Below are positions 32,902 through 45,641 of a stretch of 64,000 nucleotides of DNA, piece by piece. The notes below the pieces were generated by a model, which saw only the letters and a program-made list of their open reading frames with translations, made no database searches and was not told the origin of the DNA. This DNA comes from Emiliania huxleyi CCMP1516 (lineage: Eukaryota): the NCBI RefSeq assembly GCF_000372725.1, contig NW_005201792.1:561440-625439 (forward strand). Reading direction: 5' to 3'. Position 1 is the first letter of the stretch, and the number at the start of each line of letters is the position of its first letter. Made by a program: the position numbers and the translations under genes.

Positions 32902-34194
32902 TCATGAAAGAGATCCCCTCCTGGACCCGGCGCCGGCCGCACGAGATGGAACACGTCTCGTAAGCCGGGCCGCGTAAGCCGCGCGCTCTTGCTCGCCTGT
33001 GTTGACTGCATGCGCATCCGCAGCTGCCGTCGAAGCGTTTGGGAGTGAGCAATTTCTGCCACACGTCATCTGGCACCCGCCCTGGTACACCTTCCTCCAG
33101 CACGCTCGCCTCCGCCGCGCGAGCGTGCACCGCACGGACCCGAGGCGATCTACGAGCGGCATGCCGGGTGGGATGCAAGGCACGCGCACCGCCTTGACGC
33201 GGGATCTCAGCGGCGCCACAATTTGCGGTGAGGGGTGCAGTGCCGCGCACTGCAGCACAGCCTCGCGCTTGCTCGCCTCCATGCCCAAGCAACCCATCGC
33301 GAAGGCCTTTGCGACTCGCTCCAGCGCGTCCCGCTTCTCGAGGAAGTTTCCGGCGGCTGACACGTGCACCGCCACCTTGTCGCACACCGTGCACATCCTC
33401 AAGCCGGACCTCCTGCAGTAGTGCATGACGGAGCGACTGTCGCCTTGGATGTAGGCTGGGTTCACGAACGTCGCCCGCAACGTGCGGATTGCGTCGCTAA
33501 AGACGACTTGCTCGAACTTGCGCATCGTGTCGCGGCCGTCAGAGGACACCATGCCACGCACGAGCCGTTCAAACATTTCACGGGTTCGTTGGGTTGGGCG
33601 GGCGTGATAGATTCCACCGTTATAGGTGTTCCCCCTGCAGGTTGACTGCACACACGATCGATTGAAGCTGGTGCCCCGAAAGTCGGTCCACGCAGTAACC
33701 TGCATGTCATCCTCCCCATACCGTCGCTTGTAAACCTTGGCCGGATCCGAAAGGAACAGGACGTCGGCATCCGCCAGAGTGGTGGCAATCCCTAGACCCA
33801 GCGCATGGCTGACCAGCTCAACCCTCCGCCAGCATATCCGCAGGTAGAGCTTGTGCCTGACACCGCGATCGTGGTAGCCCGTCTCAACAGAGGTGAAGTT
33901 GCCAGCGCCCTGCGCCAAGAGCGCGCGGTCAAGGAGGTGCTCGTCCCTCACGCAGTTCTGCAGCTGCTCGTGGCGACACTTGTCGTACGATGCATCATCC
34001 CAGCAAATGACGACCAAGCGTCCCAGGAGCTGCTGCAGGCCCATGGCACGTGCGTGGCAGATCTGGCCCACCTCCCACAGCGGCAGGATCGCTGCGTTGA
34101 GGAATGTGAGGATGATGCCGTCGTCAGCCGCGATGTTCGCCTGCTTCATGGTCCGCGTGACGGCCGGCGCAATCGCCGTTCGGCTTGCCGCCAT
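32902..34194 (-). CDS. Nucleotide-diphospho-sugar transferase (GT77-like), single exon
   Basis: LVVICWD, ICWRRVELVSHALGLG, DxD motif ADADVLFLSDP, NGGIYHARPT and EQVVF. Confidence 0.75.
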   Translation of the reverse strand: MAASRTAIAPAVTRTMKQANIAADDGIILTFLNAAILPLWEVGQICHARAMGLQQLLGRLVVICWDDASYDKCRHEQLQNCVRDEHLLDRALLAQGAGNFTSVETGYHDRGVRHKLYLRICWRRVELVSHALGLGIATTLADADVLFLSDPAKVYKRRYGEDDMQVTAWTDFRGTSFNRSCVQSTCRGNTYNGGIYHARPTQRTREMFERLVRGMVSSDGRDTMRKFEQVVFSDAIRTLRATFVNPAYIQGDSRSVMHYCRRSGLRMCTVCDKVAVHVSAAGNFLEKRDALERVAKAFAMGCLGMEASKREAVLQCAALHPSPQIVAPLRSRVKAVRVPCIPPGMPLVDRLGSVRCTLARRRRACWRKVYQGGCQMTCGRNCSLPNASTAAADAHAVNTGEQERAAYAARLTRRVPSRAAGAGSRRGSLS

Positions 34195-35361
34195 CGCCAC
34201 TCCGGTCTCCGCCCGCGAAGCAAACTTTCGCCTCTCATTCGACGCTGAACTGACTATCTGACACCCCCCCTTTCCCCCGCTTACCCCGCTGGGCCGCAAG
34301 CCCGGCCTCCGCGCCCTGGAATGCTTTACGGCGACGTTATATAGACTGTACTAGTGTGGGACCTGCCGCGTTACCCGCCTCTGTTGTTCGGGCAGTGAGA
34401 GACGCAGGATCTGCACGCGAAGTGGGCTCCACTCCGCATTTGCATTTTGGTTTTGGGTGTCGGAGATCATCCATCGCAAGCATTGCTAAAAATCTCTCTC
34501 TCGCAAGCACTCATCAGTCAGCTCGGAGCCGCACGCGATGCTGCGGGCGCCGTTGGCTCCGTGCCTAAGGCAGATAGATTAGGGTGTGAGCTGCGGCAGC
34601 CAGTCGGAGGCCGCGATGGATGGCCCAGGGCCGGCGGCGGTGAAGGCGTCCGTCGATGAAGGGATGTCGTCGAGGGAGCCATCGTCCTCCGCGGCTGGTG
34701 CACCAGTCCAGTTGTCGGAGTTCGAGATCGCAGTCGCCCGTTGACGAACTCACGGAATGTGAGCGACTTGGTGCACGCTGGGTCGAGCATCATGACCCGC
34801 ATCTCATCCTGGGCGAGGAAGTCGCCCAGGGACCAGCTGTTGGCGTCGCCGTTTTGATCGAGCTGCATCCAAAAGGTGCATGGTTTCGTAGTCAAGCGTA
34901 AACGCCCAGGAGTTGGTGCCTGGGTGACTTGCTGATGAGAGCGCCTTCCAGGCGGGCAGTCGTGCCCCTCACCTACGGTCATACGGCGGCGTCAGAGGGG
35001 GGGAAGGGGCGCGAAGCGTGAACATGGAGGCAAGCAGGTGGTGGGCACCTGGCCAAGGCCGGCGACCTCAAAGTTGTCGTGATATCGCTGAGCGTGAGAG
35101 GGACCGGATCGGCAGCAGCACGGGAGGAGTCAGCGGCCGGAGAGGCCGGAGAGCCATCCGACGGAGGCCGGTCGTGCATCGGCGCGTCGGCCGTAGGGGC
35201 CGTAGGGGCGGCATCCGTCGCTGCGGGTCGCTGCGGGCCGACGATTGTGGACTGATCGATCGTCGGCGGGCGGATTTCGGCTGGGACGTTCTACGGTTAA
35301 ACCAAGAGCGTCGGCGCCGACACGAGAGACTTATAAGGGTAGATGTGTTCGACTATGGACA

Positions 35362-38300
35362 CTATATCGACCGGCCGCGAGAGCTGGACGAGGGCGCGCC
35401 GCCGACGCCCAGCTCCACGCTGCGCGAGTTGGAGGTGTCTTCGAGCTCGCCGTAGTAGGCGTCCAGCCAGCGGGCCGGCTCATTCTGCTGGCCACCACGC
35501 GGCGGCTGCGCCACCCGCGCCTCAAAGTCGAGCCTGTGCGGCCGGCCCATCGCTTCGGGTTGATAGGGGCGGGGTCGGGGCGTGGGGAGGGCGCGCGAGG
35601 GCGGCCGCACATCGTCGCCATGCGGAGAAAGAGCCACTCGTTGAAGGCCTGCCGCTGGACCTTTTCGAAGGTGGAGTTGAAGACGGCGATCAGGAGGTTG
35701 AGCAGCACAAAGTAGGAGAGGACGATGTACCCCCAAAAGAGCACGTCCCCGGTGGCATGCAGCTGGCCGGTGAGGCCGTCGAGCAAGGAGCGGTCCACCG
35801 ACGAGAGCAGCCACAGCAGCTGCTCCTGCAGGATGCGCGGGTAGCCGCCGTAATCGAGCGACTCGCCCGAGAGCGCGAAGAGCACGAAGAAGGCGTTCGC
35901 GAAGCCGATCAGCACAAAGGCGTACAAGCCGCCGAAACGCGTGATGTCGACGAGCATGCCTCGGACGGTGACGAGGAGCGGGCCTGGGGGCGAGCGGAGC
36001 TGCATCAGGGGCGGGGAGAGAAACGGCGGGCTCCGCTGCGGCGGCGCGAGCGTGCCGAGGGAGCGGAAGAGCGAGGCGTATTCGAGGCCGCGCACGGCAA
36101 AGGAGAGCTGAAGCAGGCCGGGCAGCGACTGGGCGACGGCGTAGGCACTCGCCTTTCGGGGAGGGGCGCGCGCGTGGCAGCTGGCGCAAGCGGGGATGGC
36201 CGGGGAGGAGGAAAGGGCGGGAGGCGTCCACAAGCGGGACGTGGACACGGCTCGCCTCGAGGGCACCGGCGTCGGCCGGCTGCTGCGGCAGGAAGTGGAG
36301 CGGAGGGAGGGCGAGGATGGCGAGCAAGTGGCCGGCGTCGAGCACGTTCCACGCCGATCCAAAGTGAGCGGCGAGCCTACGGAGGGGGTGCCAGCCGAGG
36401 GTCCCCGCGGCGAGGCAGCGAGGGTGGCCGGCGGGGGGCGAAGCTGGCCCGTTCCGTCGCACCCCCGCCGACTCCACCGAAAAGAAGAAGGGCCTACCGG
36501 AGTGGCGCCGTTGGACGCGTGGCGGACGTGCCCCGCCCCCAGCCCGCCCTCTCCCGCTACGAGGCAAGCTTGCCAGCTGCCGAGCAGCGCGAGGGTAGAG
36601 ACGACGAAGACGGGAGAGCTCGCCACGACGGCCGGGTCTGCGCCGCCCGCGCGCAGGTCGAGCGAGTTTGCAAAAGCGGCTCCGACGAGGAAGAGGTACT
36701 GCGCTGTCCGCCTGTTCCATAGTGACTCGTCCGTAGGGACTCGGTGACTCAGAGGTAGAGGCGCCGCGCGATCCGCCTCCAAAAGACGCCCGCGCCGAAG
36801 TCGCGCCACTTCCGTCCGACGAGCGAGCGGAGGAGCGGCGTGGAGAGGAGCTCCTGCCCGCGCGGGAGAGGCGTGAGGGGCGAAATGGGTGGGGTTGTGT
36901 GTGTGTATGTGTGGGGGGGGGGGGGGGGCTCCTTTCGCTTGTGCTTGACGACGAGCTGGTCGACGGTGAGGGGCGGCCCGCCTGCACGCAGCCCGACCTC
37001 CGTGAGAAAGCGGGAGGGGCCGGTCTGGGCGGGGCGGCGGGCAGGTCTGCTGTGCGCCGTCGAGCGGCGCGAAAGCGAGCGGCGACGCGGGCCCGTCGAG
37101 CGGCAGGACGACGCCTATCGGACGGGTCCGGGCAGGCTCAGAGCGGGGTCCGGCTCGGGCCGCCGCGTGGCGAACACGACGCCGTCGAACGAGTACCAGA
37201 AGAGGTCGTTTCCCCACCTGCCCCGCCGGCCAAAGAGAGGACGGCTCAGATCGAGCGGTGGGTGGCTCAAGCGCGGGGCATCGCACACCAGCGGTACTCG
37301 AAGCGCGACTTTGCGTCGAGGAGCCGCGCCTTAGGGGCAAATCAAGGACAGGTCAAGGACAGGTCAAGGACAGGTCAAGGACAGGTCAAGGACAGGTCAA
37401 GGACAGGTCAAGGACAAGTCAAGGACAAGTCAAGAAACGTCCTCTGCGTCGGGCGGGCGCGCCGCCAGCGGCTAGTCTCGGCTAGTCTCGGCTGGTCTCT
37501 CGGGGAGGCGCACCGCCAGCGCGGGCAGCGTCTCGATGCCCATCGAGAGCGCCGAGCGGCCCGCGCCGTTCTTGCAGTAGCCGTCGACGCCGAGCTCGAG
37601 AAGCAGCTCCGCCTGCATCTCGGTCAATCTCGGTGCATCCCGATCGATCTCGGTGCATCTCGGCCAATCTCCCGACGCCGAGCTCAAGCAGCTCCGCCGA
37701 GAGGTTGCGCGGGCGACTCCATCTCGGCTGAGAGTCTCGGCCGAATCTCGACTACTCTCGCCGTCTGCAGGTTGCGCGACGACTCCATCAGCGTGTGCAG
37801 CGGGTTGGAGCCGTCGCCGTCCGTGGCGAGGAAGACGGAAGGGCGCACGCGCTGCCGCATGAAGGTGAGGACGTTTGCGTTGCCGTTGAAGGCGGCGGCG
37901 TGCGCGTACGTGAAGCTCGGCGACGGCTGCAGCAGCCACTCCACCTTTTGCTCGAGGTTGAGTCCGAAGCGGTGCAGCAGCGAGAGGGCCTCGACGTCGC
38001 CCTCGAAGCAGGCGTGCGCGCCGGGGCTCGACCAGTACCACCGCGGGTAGTTTGCGTCGGCGGCGCCGCTCGAGAGGGCCTCCTGCTCGAGACGAACACG
38101 GATTAGTAGAGGAAGCATGAGCCGGCGGCGCCGCTCGAGAGCGGGCGCGCCTCGATGAGGGCGAGCCGCTCCGCCTGCGACACGCCGGGCAGCAGCCGCA
38201 CCAGGTTTCCCTCGTCGGGCCGCACCTAGCCGCGGCGCGAGCGGTGATTGGACGCCCGCACGGAGTCCGCCTGCCCTCTGCTGCGCCGCCGCACCAGCAG

Positions 38301-38991
38301 CGCGAGCGGCGAGCGGCAGCGCCCCTCGAGCTGCATCACGCGGGAGCCGTCCGCAGCGTACGGCGCGGGAGGGAAGACAAAGTCCCAAGTCTCTCCGGAC
38401 GCGATGCTGCGCCGGATCGCAGTGACGTTTCCCTCGATGAAGGCGGTGAGCAGCTCCGCCTTTTGCGGTCGGTGAGGGCTAGGGTTAGGGTTAGGTTGTG
38501 AGATGAGGGCGGCGAGCAGCCGTCGCCTTTGCGTCGGTCGACTCGTCGCTCAGGTAGCCGGCAGAGAGGGCGCGGCCGACGTACTTTGCGCGGAAGCGGC
38601 GGAAGAGCAGGTCCTGCACGGCGTACACGGTCTGAGCGTCCTTGAAGCCCCCGGCGAGCGAGGCCGTCAGCTCAGAGATTTGCATCTCGAGCTGGCTCAC
38701 CTCGGGTGTCGCCGCCGCCCCCACGTCGCCGACTGCTGGCGTCTCGGCGGATGCCGGCTCGGCGGCTGGCGCCTGCGGCGGCCCATGCTCGTCCTCATTG
38801 CCGCGGCTGCGTACCAAACGTCGAAGGGCCAGCCTCGCTCGAGACCGGCGATTGCTACCTCCGTCCACGTCATCGCGCATCAGTAGTGCGACTCGCGTCC
38901 TCGCTCTCTCTCCAGCCCGATGCCATGCTGTTGTCCACGGCACCAGCGCAGCGACCGGCGTCGAGAGGAGGAGAGCTACAAGAGCCGACAT
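35362..38991 (-). CDS. Ankyrin-repeat TRP (TRPV/TRPA-like) cation channel, multi-exon
   Basis: Ankyrin motifs (AHAAAFNGNANVL, DGSNPLH, GRSALSMG); SAWNVLD; GPLLVTVRGMLVDITRFGGLYAFVLIGFANAFFVLF; YIVLSYFVLLNLLIAVFNSTFEKV...EWLFLR (TRP box). Confidence 0.8.
37343..37433. repeat. Intronic 11-bp tandem repeat (caaggacaggt), about 8 copies
   Basis: Read directly from the sequence. Confidence 0.95.
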
Positions 38992-40190
38992 CACCGCTGA
39001 GTGGACAGAGGAAAAGAATTCAGACAAGAGCCACTCATTCGACACAGGTACGATGGAGCGCTCGCCGAAGAGGAGTACGACAAAATAGCGCCCGTGATTG
39101 CCTGCACGCTACCCGCACTCACGGACTCCATACCCGAAAGAAAGAGAAGGGAGCTCGCGGGAGAGGTGACGAGTGAACTACAGGTAGTGGGGAAGGCAGC
39201 CTCGATTGCCATACAGACATGGGTGCGAAACAACGACAAGACCAAGGCACGGGCAGAGGAACGAGAGAAGAATATAGGGTGGATAAAGCGCCTGTTCACG
39301 GCATGGAGGGTGAGCCACACCGAACGTACCGAGCGAAGAGCCGAACGGAAGGAGGACGGGGAAGATGACTCCGAGGAGGACGAACCAGTGGAAATTCAGT
39401 TGTCAGATGTCACGATGCATCCGAAGGGGACCCCAGCGCCGGCATCATCCGTAGAGGCACGAGTGTTCGAAGAGAGAGTGGACCTGAGCAACAACATGAC
39501 CTGCAGGCAAATGATCGGAGTGGGAGTCAGAAATGTGGTCCTTGCGCGAGGGGAGCTCGATAGACTCGAGGGGCCAGGATATGCAGCAAGGAGGGCGGAG
39601 CTGCGCCGAAAGGCGAAAGAAGCCGAGAGAACAAGGGAACGGCAGGCGGCGGCGGCGCAGGACGAGGCAGAAGAGAATGACGCGACAGAGGAGGAAGTGA
39701 CAAGGGAGAGAACGACGAGAGTGGGACGGCCGCGAGGTGGCATGAAGGTTGCAGCGAGAATCGGCGAGAGACTGCGAAAAGAGATAGGAAGAGGCAGACT
39801 CCCTAGGGTGGGCGACGGCTAGCGCATCACACTCCTCTCCTTAAAATCCCTGTGTGGTGGCGGCGTGCCGTCCTCCCATCCCTCCCTTGGGTTGTCTGTT
39901 TTCTTTCTTTCTTTTACAGGTACGACCCTTGTCAGGAGCAGGAGAGCCCCACCTGTCCCCCTGATCGTTCTTCCAAAATCCTGCTCGTGCAGGTGTGGAC
40001 CCTGTGTCCTCGTCCCATCCCTCGTTTGGCGTGTCTGTTTTCTTTCTTTCTTTTTACAGGTACGACAGAGGAAAAGTGTTGGAGAGTGTGAACTCAAACC
40101 TACTTCCTGACCGTAGCCTGACCGTCCTTGTGTAACCGTCTCATGTTCATGTTTGGTTTGTCCTGCCGCGCACATTGTCATCGACTTGGT

Positions 40191-41525
40191 GGCTGTGTGT
40201 GGTGATGTAGCGATGGTGTGGGTCTCTAGTGACCTAGCTCCTCCGTGTTCCGTCTCCTGACATGGTACCGACCGGTGAGTGCACGGAGTGAGCAGTGCGG
40301 CACTGAGGCCGACATGAGAGCTGGTGCGGCACACAAGCGAGATGTGTTGCCGCACAGCATTTCCGGCTTACGCTCGATACGTTGGCTGGCACCATGGGCA
40401 CCCGCGAGCCGTGGTGATTGGCTGGGCACAGAGGCTCGGCGCACGGTGGCACAGCGGCCGCCAACTGCTCGGCACGGAGGCTGAGCAGAATGAGTACAAC
40501 CGCAACATCAACTTGGGTGCTTGCGGATCTTCTGCGACAGAGCGCATCTCCGCCAGCACTGCGGCTGTGTGGACACGAGTATCCCCTCTTGCTTCTCCTT
40601 ACCGGTCCGTTCTCCTCGCCTACGGACCACCATCGCAGCTGCTGCCTCCGCTACCAGCTCTCGGGCTGCTGCAACGGCAGTTACCGCAAAGATCTCGCAC
40701 CGAATGTGGACCCTGCCTTTCGCCGCCGCTACTTCCGACGTCGCCGCTCGACACGACCGGAGCTGTACGCGATGAACACGCGACGATCGACACGCCCTCT
40801 CTGCCTTGTGTGGCGATTACCACGTCGTGGGGGAGTGTTGGGCACCTGTTCGACGTGGCAATGCCACTCTACCTCATTGCTGTCTCTTCCTCGTCTCGCC
40901 TCCTCGCGCTAGCCCGTCCCGCTGTCCAACGCCTCTGGCAAGAAGTCCAATGCGCCTCTACGAGCGTCTCTGCCGTCTGGACGTCTGAGACTGAGCCTGC
41001 CATCTCCGACGTCGGCGGCCCGTGGCGCAACATCAACGTTCGGGGCATTGAAGATCGTCCTCACGTCCCTGATGCGCTCATCCGCGTCAACGCGGCGAGG
41101 CCTCCCAACGGCCCAATCGCCGCGCAGCAAGGGGGCGCCCCCGCTGCCGCTCCCGCGCCCGCCGCGCCTGCCGCGCCCGCTCAAGCCGCCGCCCCGCGAC
41201 GCTCAGCCCGGATTGCAGCTCGCGGCGCGCCATGACCGAGCTCCACAACGAGCTCCTGTTCATTATCTCCCCTTTCTCTCTCTCCGCCCACTCGGCCGCG
41301 CTTTGACCCCTTCACTGGATCATCTTAGCGCGCAAGTCTTGCCAACAAGCAAGACCATCCTTCGCGAAGACGCAAGGTTGGACGCTTAGCCAGCCCCGCG
41401 AGACGCCGGGCGGGTAACCGGCATACCTACGCTCAGACACATTCACACTCTGTGGCTGTGGTGATGTAGCGATGGTGTGGGTCTCTAGTGACCTATACAG
41501 CTCCTCCGTGTTCCGTCTGCTGACA
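40191..41525. repeat. ~75-bp imperfect direct repeats (40191-40262 and 41454-41525) bracketing a 303-aa ORF
   Basis: Both ends carry gtggtgatgtagcgatggtgtgggtctctagtgaccta..gctcctccgtgttccgtct.ctgaca. Confidence 0.75.
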
Positions 41526-41581
41526 AAAAGAATTCACGTTACGCGGCACGCCGCATACTCGATCATTCGTCTGGGCGCTCC

Positions 41582-42955
41582 ATGTCAGCCGCAGACCCGA
41601 TGCCGACCGAGCCCTTCCAGCTCTCCGCCATCCTCACCGGCCACGAGCAGGACGTGCGATCCGTGGGACCGTTCGCCGACGGCCAGGTCATCACCGGCTC
41701 GCGCGACGCGACGGTGCGTGTGTGGAAAGTCGACAGCGAGTCGGCTGACGGAGCCTCTGCCACGTGCACGCACACGCTCAGCGGCCACACGCACTTTGTG
41801 GGCGCCGTCGGCATCACCGCCGCCGGCGAGGCCCTGTCGGGCTCCAACGACAAGCACATCATCATCTGGAACACCGAGGCGGCGGCGCCGGCGCACGTGC
41901 TGCAGGGCCACACCGAGCCGGTCACGTGCGTCCGCGTCTCGCCGAGCAGCGGGCAGCTCTTCTCCGCGTCGTGGGACAAGACCGCGCGCGTGTGGGACCT
42001 CGGCAGCGCCAGCTGCGTCGCCGTGCTGAAGGGGCACGAGGCGGCGCTCTGGGCGGTGCAGCCGCTTGGCGAGGAGGCTGCATCCGACCGGTGCCTCACG
42101 GGGGGCGGGGACCGGACGATCAAGCTCTGGGCGGGCGAGACGTGCGAGCGCACGTACGAGGGCCACAGCGACGTCGTGCGCGACCTCGCGCTGCTGCCCG
42201 GGGCGAGCCTGCCCTGCCGCTGCTCGCCGCGACACGCGACACGTCCACACGGCGCGCCCTGTGTCCCTCTCGCAGGCGGGCTTCCTGTCGTGCTCGAACG
42301 ACGCGACGGTGAGGATGTGGGAGCTGGGCGGCGAGTGCCTGCGCGTGCTGCAGGCGCGAGCCCCGCGGGGAGGGGAGGAGGCTGCGGGGCGGAGGAGGGG
42401 ACAGGGCGGAGGAGAGGAGGGGACGGGGCGGGAGGGAGAGAAGGAGGCGGAGAGGGAGGCGGAGGGAGGGGAGCGATGCCCCGCGTGGCCTCACCGCAGG
42501 CGTCGGAGACGTTCCTCTACTCGGTCTCCGTCCTGCCCGGCGGGGAGTGGCTCACTTGCTCCGAGGACCGCACCGTCCGCGTCTGGGCGGGCGGCAGCGA
42601 CGACTGCGTCCAGTCGATCACTCACCCGGCGACAGTGTGGGACTGCGCGCCGCTTCCCAACGGCGAGCGACGCACGCGACATACACCCCGCCCGCGCGCA
42701 CCGGCCCTTGCGCGCCAGCCCCGCCCGGCTCCTGCCCCTCTCCGGGACGTGGAGATGGTAGGGGATGGAGGTGGCAGGGATGGCCGGGGCCCCTCGCCTC
42801 GCTCCGGCGCGTGGAGCCGGTCTCCTTGTGCCCCTCACAGACAAGAGTCGAAACCTACACCCGCACCCTCACCCTCTCCCTCTCCCTCTCCCTCACCCTC
42901 ACCCTCACCCTCACCCTCTCCCTCTCCCTCGCCCTCTCCCTCTCCCTCACCCTCT

Positions 42956-42990
<35 letters not shown>

Positions 42991-45363
42991 TCCCTCCACC
43001 CTCCACCCTCAGGCGACATCGTCGCCGGCTGCGCGGACGGCAGGGCCTACCTGTGGACGCGCGCGGCGGGGCGGGCGGCGCCGCAGGCGCTGCGGGGCGA
43101 CGCCTCAACGGCGGTGTCCTGCGCCTCGGCTGCACCTCGGCTGCACCTCGGGAGTAGGCGCTGCAGGCGGGCTTCAAGGACGAGGTCGCTGCGGTGGCGA
43201 TGCCGGCGCAGCAGGCGGGTGGCGGGCGGGGCCCTCGGCTGTGGTTGGCTGCTCACTCTCGGCTCTCCGCCTCGCGCAGGTGGAGGGGATGGTCGGCGAT
43301 CTGGACGTGTCGCAGCTGGCGAGCGAGGAGGCGCTGGCCCAGCCGGGCGAGCGGGAGGGGCAGCACAAGATCGTCAAGGACGAGGGCGGCACGCCGATGC
43401 TCTACACGTGGTCGATGGCAAAGGGCACGTGGGAAAAGATCGGCGAGGTGACGGGCTCGTCGGGCGGCACGTCGCTCGGCAAGCGGATGCACGGCGGCAA
43501 GGAGTACGACTACCTCTTCGACATCGACATCAACGGCGTGCCACTGCCCGACCACGACACGTCCACGACACGTCCGCCGCTGCGACGACTCGCGTCCGCG
43601 ACACGTCCGCGGCGCGTCCCTCTAGGCAGCATGCTCAAGTTGCCCTTCAACCGCGGCGACGACCCCTGGTGGGCGGCGCAGCAGTTCCTCTGGAACAACG
43701 ACATCGACCAGGCCTTCCTCGACCAGGTCGCAAACTTCGTCATCACAAACACGCCCGGGAACCAGGCCCCGTCTCTGGCCCGCGCCCACCCCACACGCCC
43801 CTCCTCCTCCCCCAAGCTCCTCCCTCCTCTCCGCAGGTCTCGTCCGGCCCGCGCAACGCCGACCCATTCACCTCTGGCGGCTCGTACCGGCCCGCCGCCA
43901 ACGGCGCGGGATCGAGCGGCGCAAACGGAGGCAACGCCGACCCCTTCACCTCTAGCGGCGCCTACCGGCCCGGCGCGGCCCCCGAGGGCACGCCGCCGTG
44001 GCGCGGGAGCTCGAGGCAATCTCCGAGAGGGCCCGAGGGGACCCGCGGCTGTGGCCGTAGGCGTGCCCAGCTGTGGCGGGTCGAGCGCGCCGCAGGACCC
44101 GTGGATGCGAGGCGCGTACACCACCGCGCAGGGCGCCGCCGCCGCCGCCGCCGCCGCCGTTACTTCCGCCGCCGCCGCCGCGCCGCCGCCTTCCTACGTC
44201 TCGTTCGAGGCTGGCAAGCACGACGCGGCCCTCGCCAAGCTGCTCGAGTTCTCCGCCAAGTTGCGCGACGGCGAGGGGCCCGACCTCGCGCTCGACGAAA
44301 CCCAGGTCGCGAGAGATCGCGATCGCCCCGAGATCGCCCCGAGGTCGCCCCGAGGTCGCCCCGAGGTCGCCCCGAGGTCGCCCCGAGATCGCCTCTGCCC
44401 CCCAAGGACACTCAAAGTCCCCCGAGGTCACCCTCCCCCGCCTCCCTCCCAGGAGAGCGGCCTCGCCGCGCTCGTCGCCGAGCTGCGCAAGGGCGGCGCC
44501 TCCGCCGCCCTCGCCCTCGCGCCCGCCACCCTCGCCACCTTCACCGGCGAGGGCGGCCGGCCCGGCCTGCTCGGCTGGCCCGCGCCGTACCTCTTCCCGG
44601 CGCTCGACTTGCTGAGGCTCGCGCTGCTCCGCGCGGCCAGGAGCGGCGTCGACACCCTCGAGCCGCCGATGGCCCTGCGGCTGACCGCGCTGCTCGCGCC
44701 CGGCTCCGCCGCCGCCGCCGAGAAGGCGGCGCCGCTCATGGCGCTGCGCGGGCTCGCAAACATGGCTGCCAACCCCGCGCTGCGCCCGCTCGCCGCGCCG
44801 CACGCTGGCGCGATGCTCGAGAGCCTCTCGCCCTTCCTCGGCGGCGAGAGCCCGCCCGCCACCCGCCTCGCCGCGAGCTCGCTCCTCCTCAACGCCTCCT
44901 CGCTGCTCAAGGACAAGGCGGCGGCGGCGGCGGACGAGGAGGGCCTCCTGATGCAGGTGCGGCCTCCCCCCCCCCCCCCCCCTCCCCCACTCCCTCCCCC
45001 TCCTCCCCACACTCCCCACTCACCACCCCCCCTTCCCCCCCCTTTGCCCGCCGGTCCCGGCCCCACCGCGCACCAGCCCTCTCGCCCCGATGGCCGGCGC
45101 CTGACCCGCCACCGCCTCCGCAGGGCCTCTCGCTTGTCTCGCACGCCCTCGCCACGCCCTCCCTCGAGGAGGAAGCCCTCTTCCGCGTGCTCTGCTCGCT
45201 CGGCGCGCTGCTCGAGACGGGCGCCGCCGCCGCAGAGACCGCGAGCTCGCTCGACATCGAGTCCGCCCTCGACGGCCTCCGCTTGCCCGACGGCGGCGCG
45301 CCAAAGGTGCGCCAGAAGCTGGCGGCCGTCCGGGCGGCACTCGCCAAGCGCAGCAAGCAGTGA
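41582..45363 (+). CDS. PLAA: Phospholipase A2-activating protein / Doa1 / Ufd3 (WD40-PFU-PUL), multi-exon
   Basis: LTGHEQDVRSV WD40 repeats; PFU domain GKEYDYLFDIDING/SMLKLPFNRGDDPWWAAQQFL..FLDQVANFVITNT; PUL domain WPAPYLFPALDLLRL, ALRGLAN, EALFRVLCSLGALL. Confidence 0.92.
42865..42995. repeat. Intronic hexamer repeat (CCCTCA/CCCTCT)n
   Basis: About 21 units, lying just upstream of the acceptor cag at ~43012. Confidence 0.9.
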
Positions 45364-45641
45364 GCGGCCGCGGCTGCGCGCGCGTGCTAGCCGGCGGTGG
45401 GTGCAGGCGAGCACAGTCTTTCCCTGGCTCACACAGAAGCTTCGGCTTGCGCGAAAGCCCACCCGTTTGGTATCCCGGCCGAACGCGCGCGACATATCTG
45501 ACATATGTGCTAATGTCGTATCGTGTGGCGCCTGAGACGAGTCAACGAGCGAACGCCCTTTTGCTGGGTGTGTGTATGTTACGACACGGAATATTCTGCG
45601 CACACCAGCGCGCAGCGCCATAGTGTATTTTCTTCTCAATT

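Noticed and set aside
34350..35330. Short ORFs between the GT77-like gene and the TRP gene
   Set aside because: No family motif recognised; possibly a decayed repeat.
38476..38497. TTAGGG telomere-like repeats
   Set aside because: Only 2-3 units, inside a TRP gene intron; not a chromosome end.
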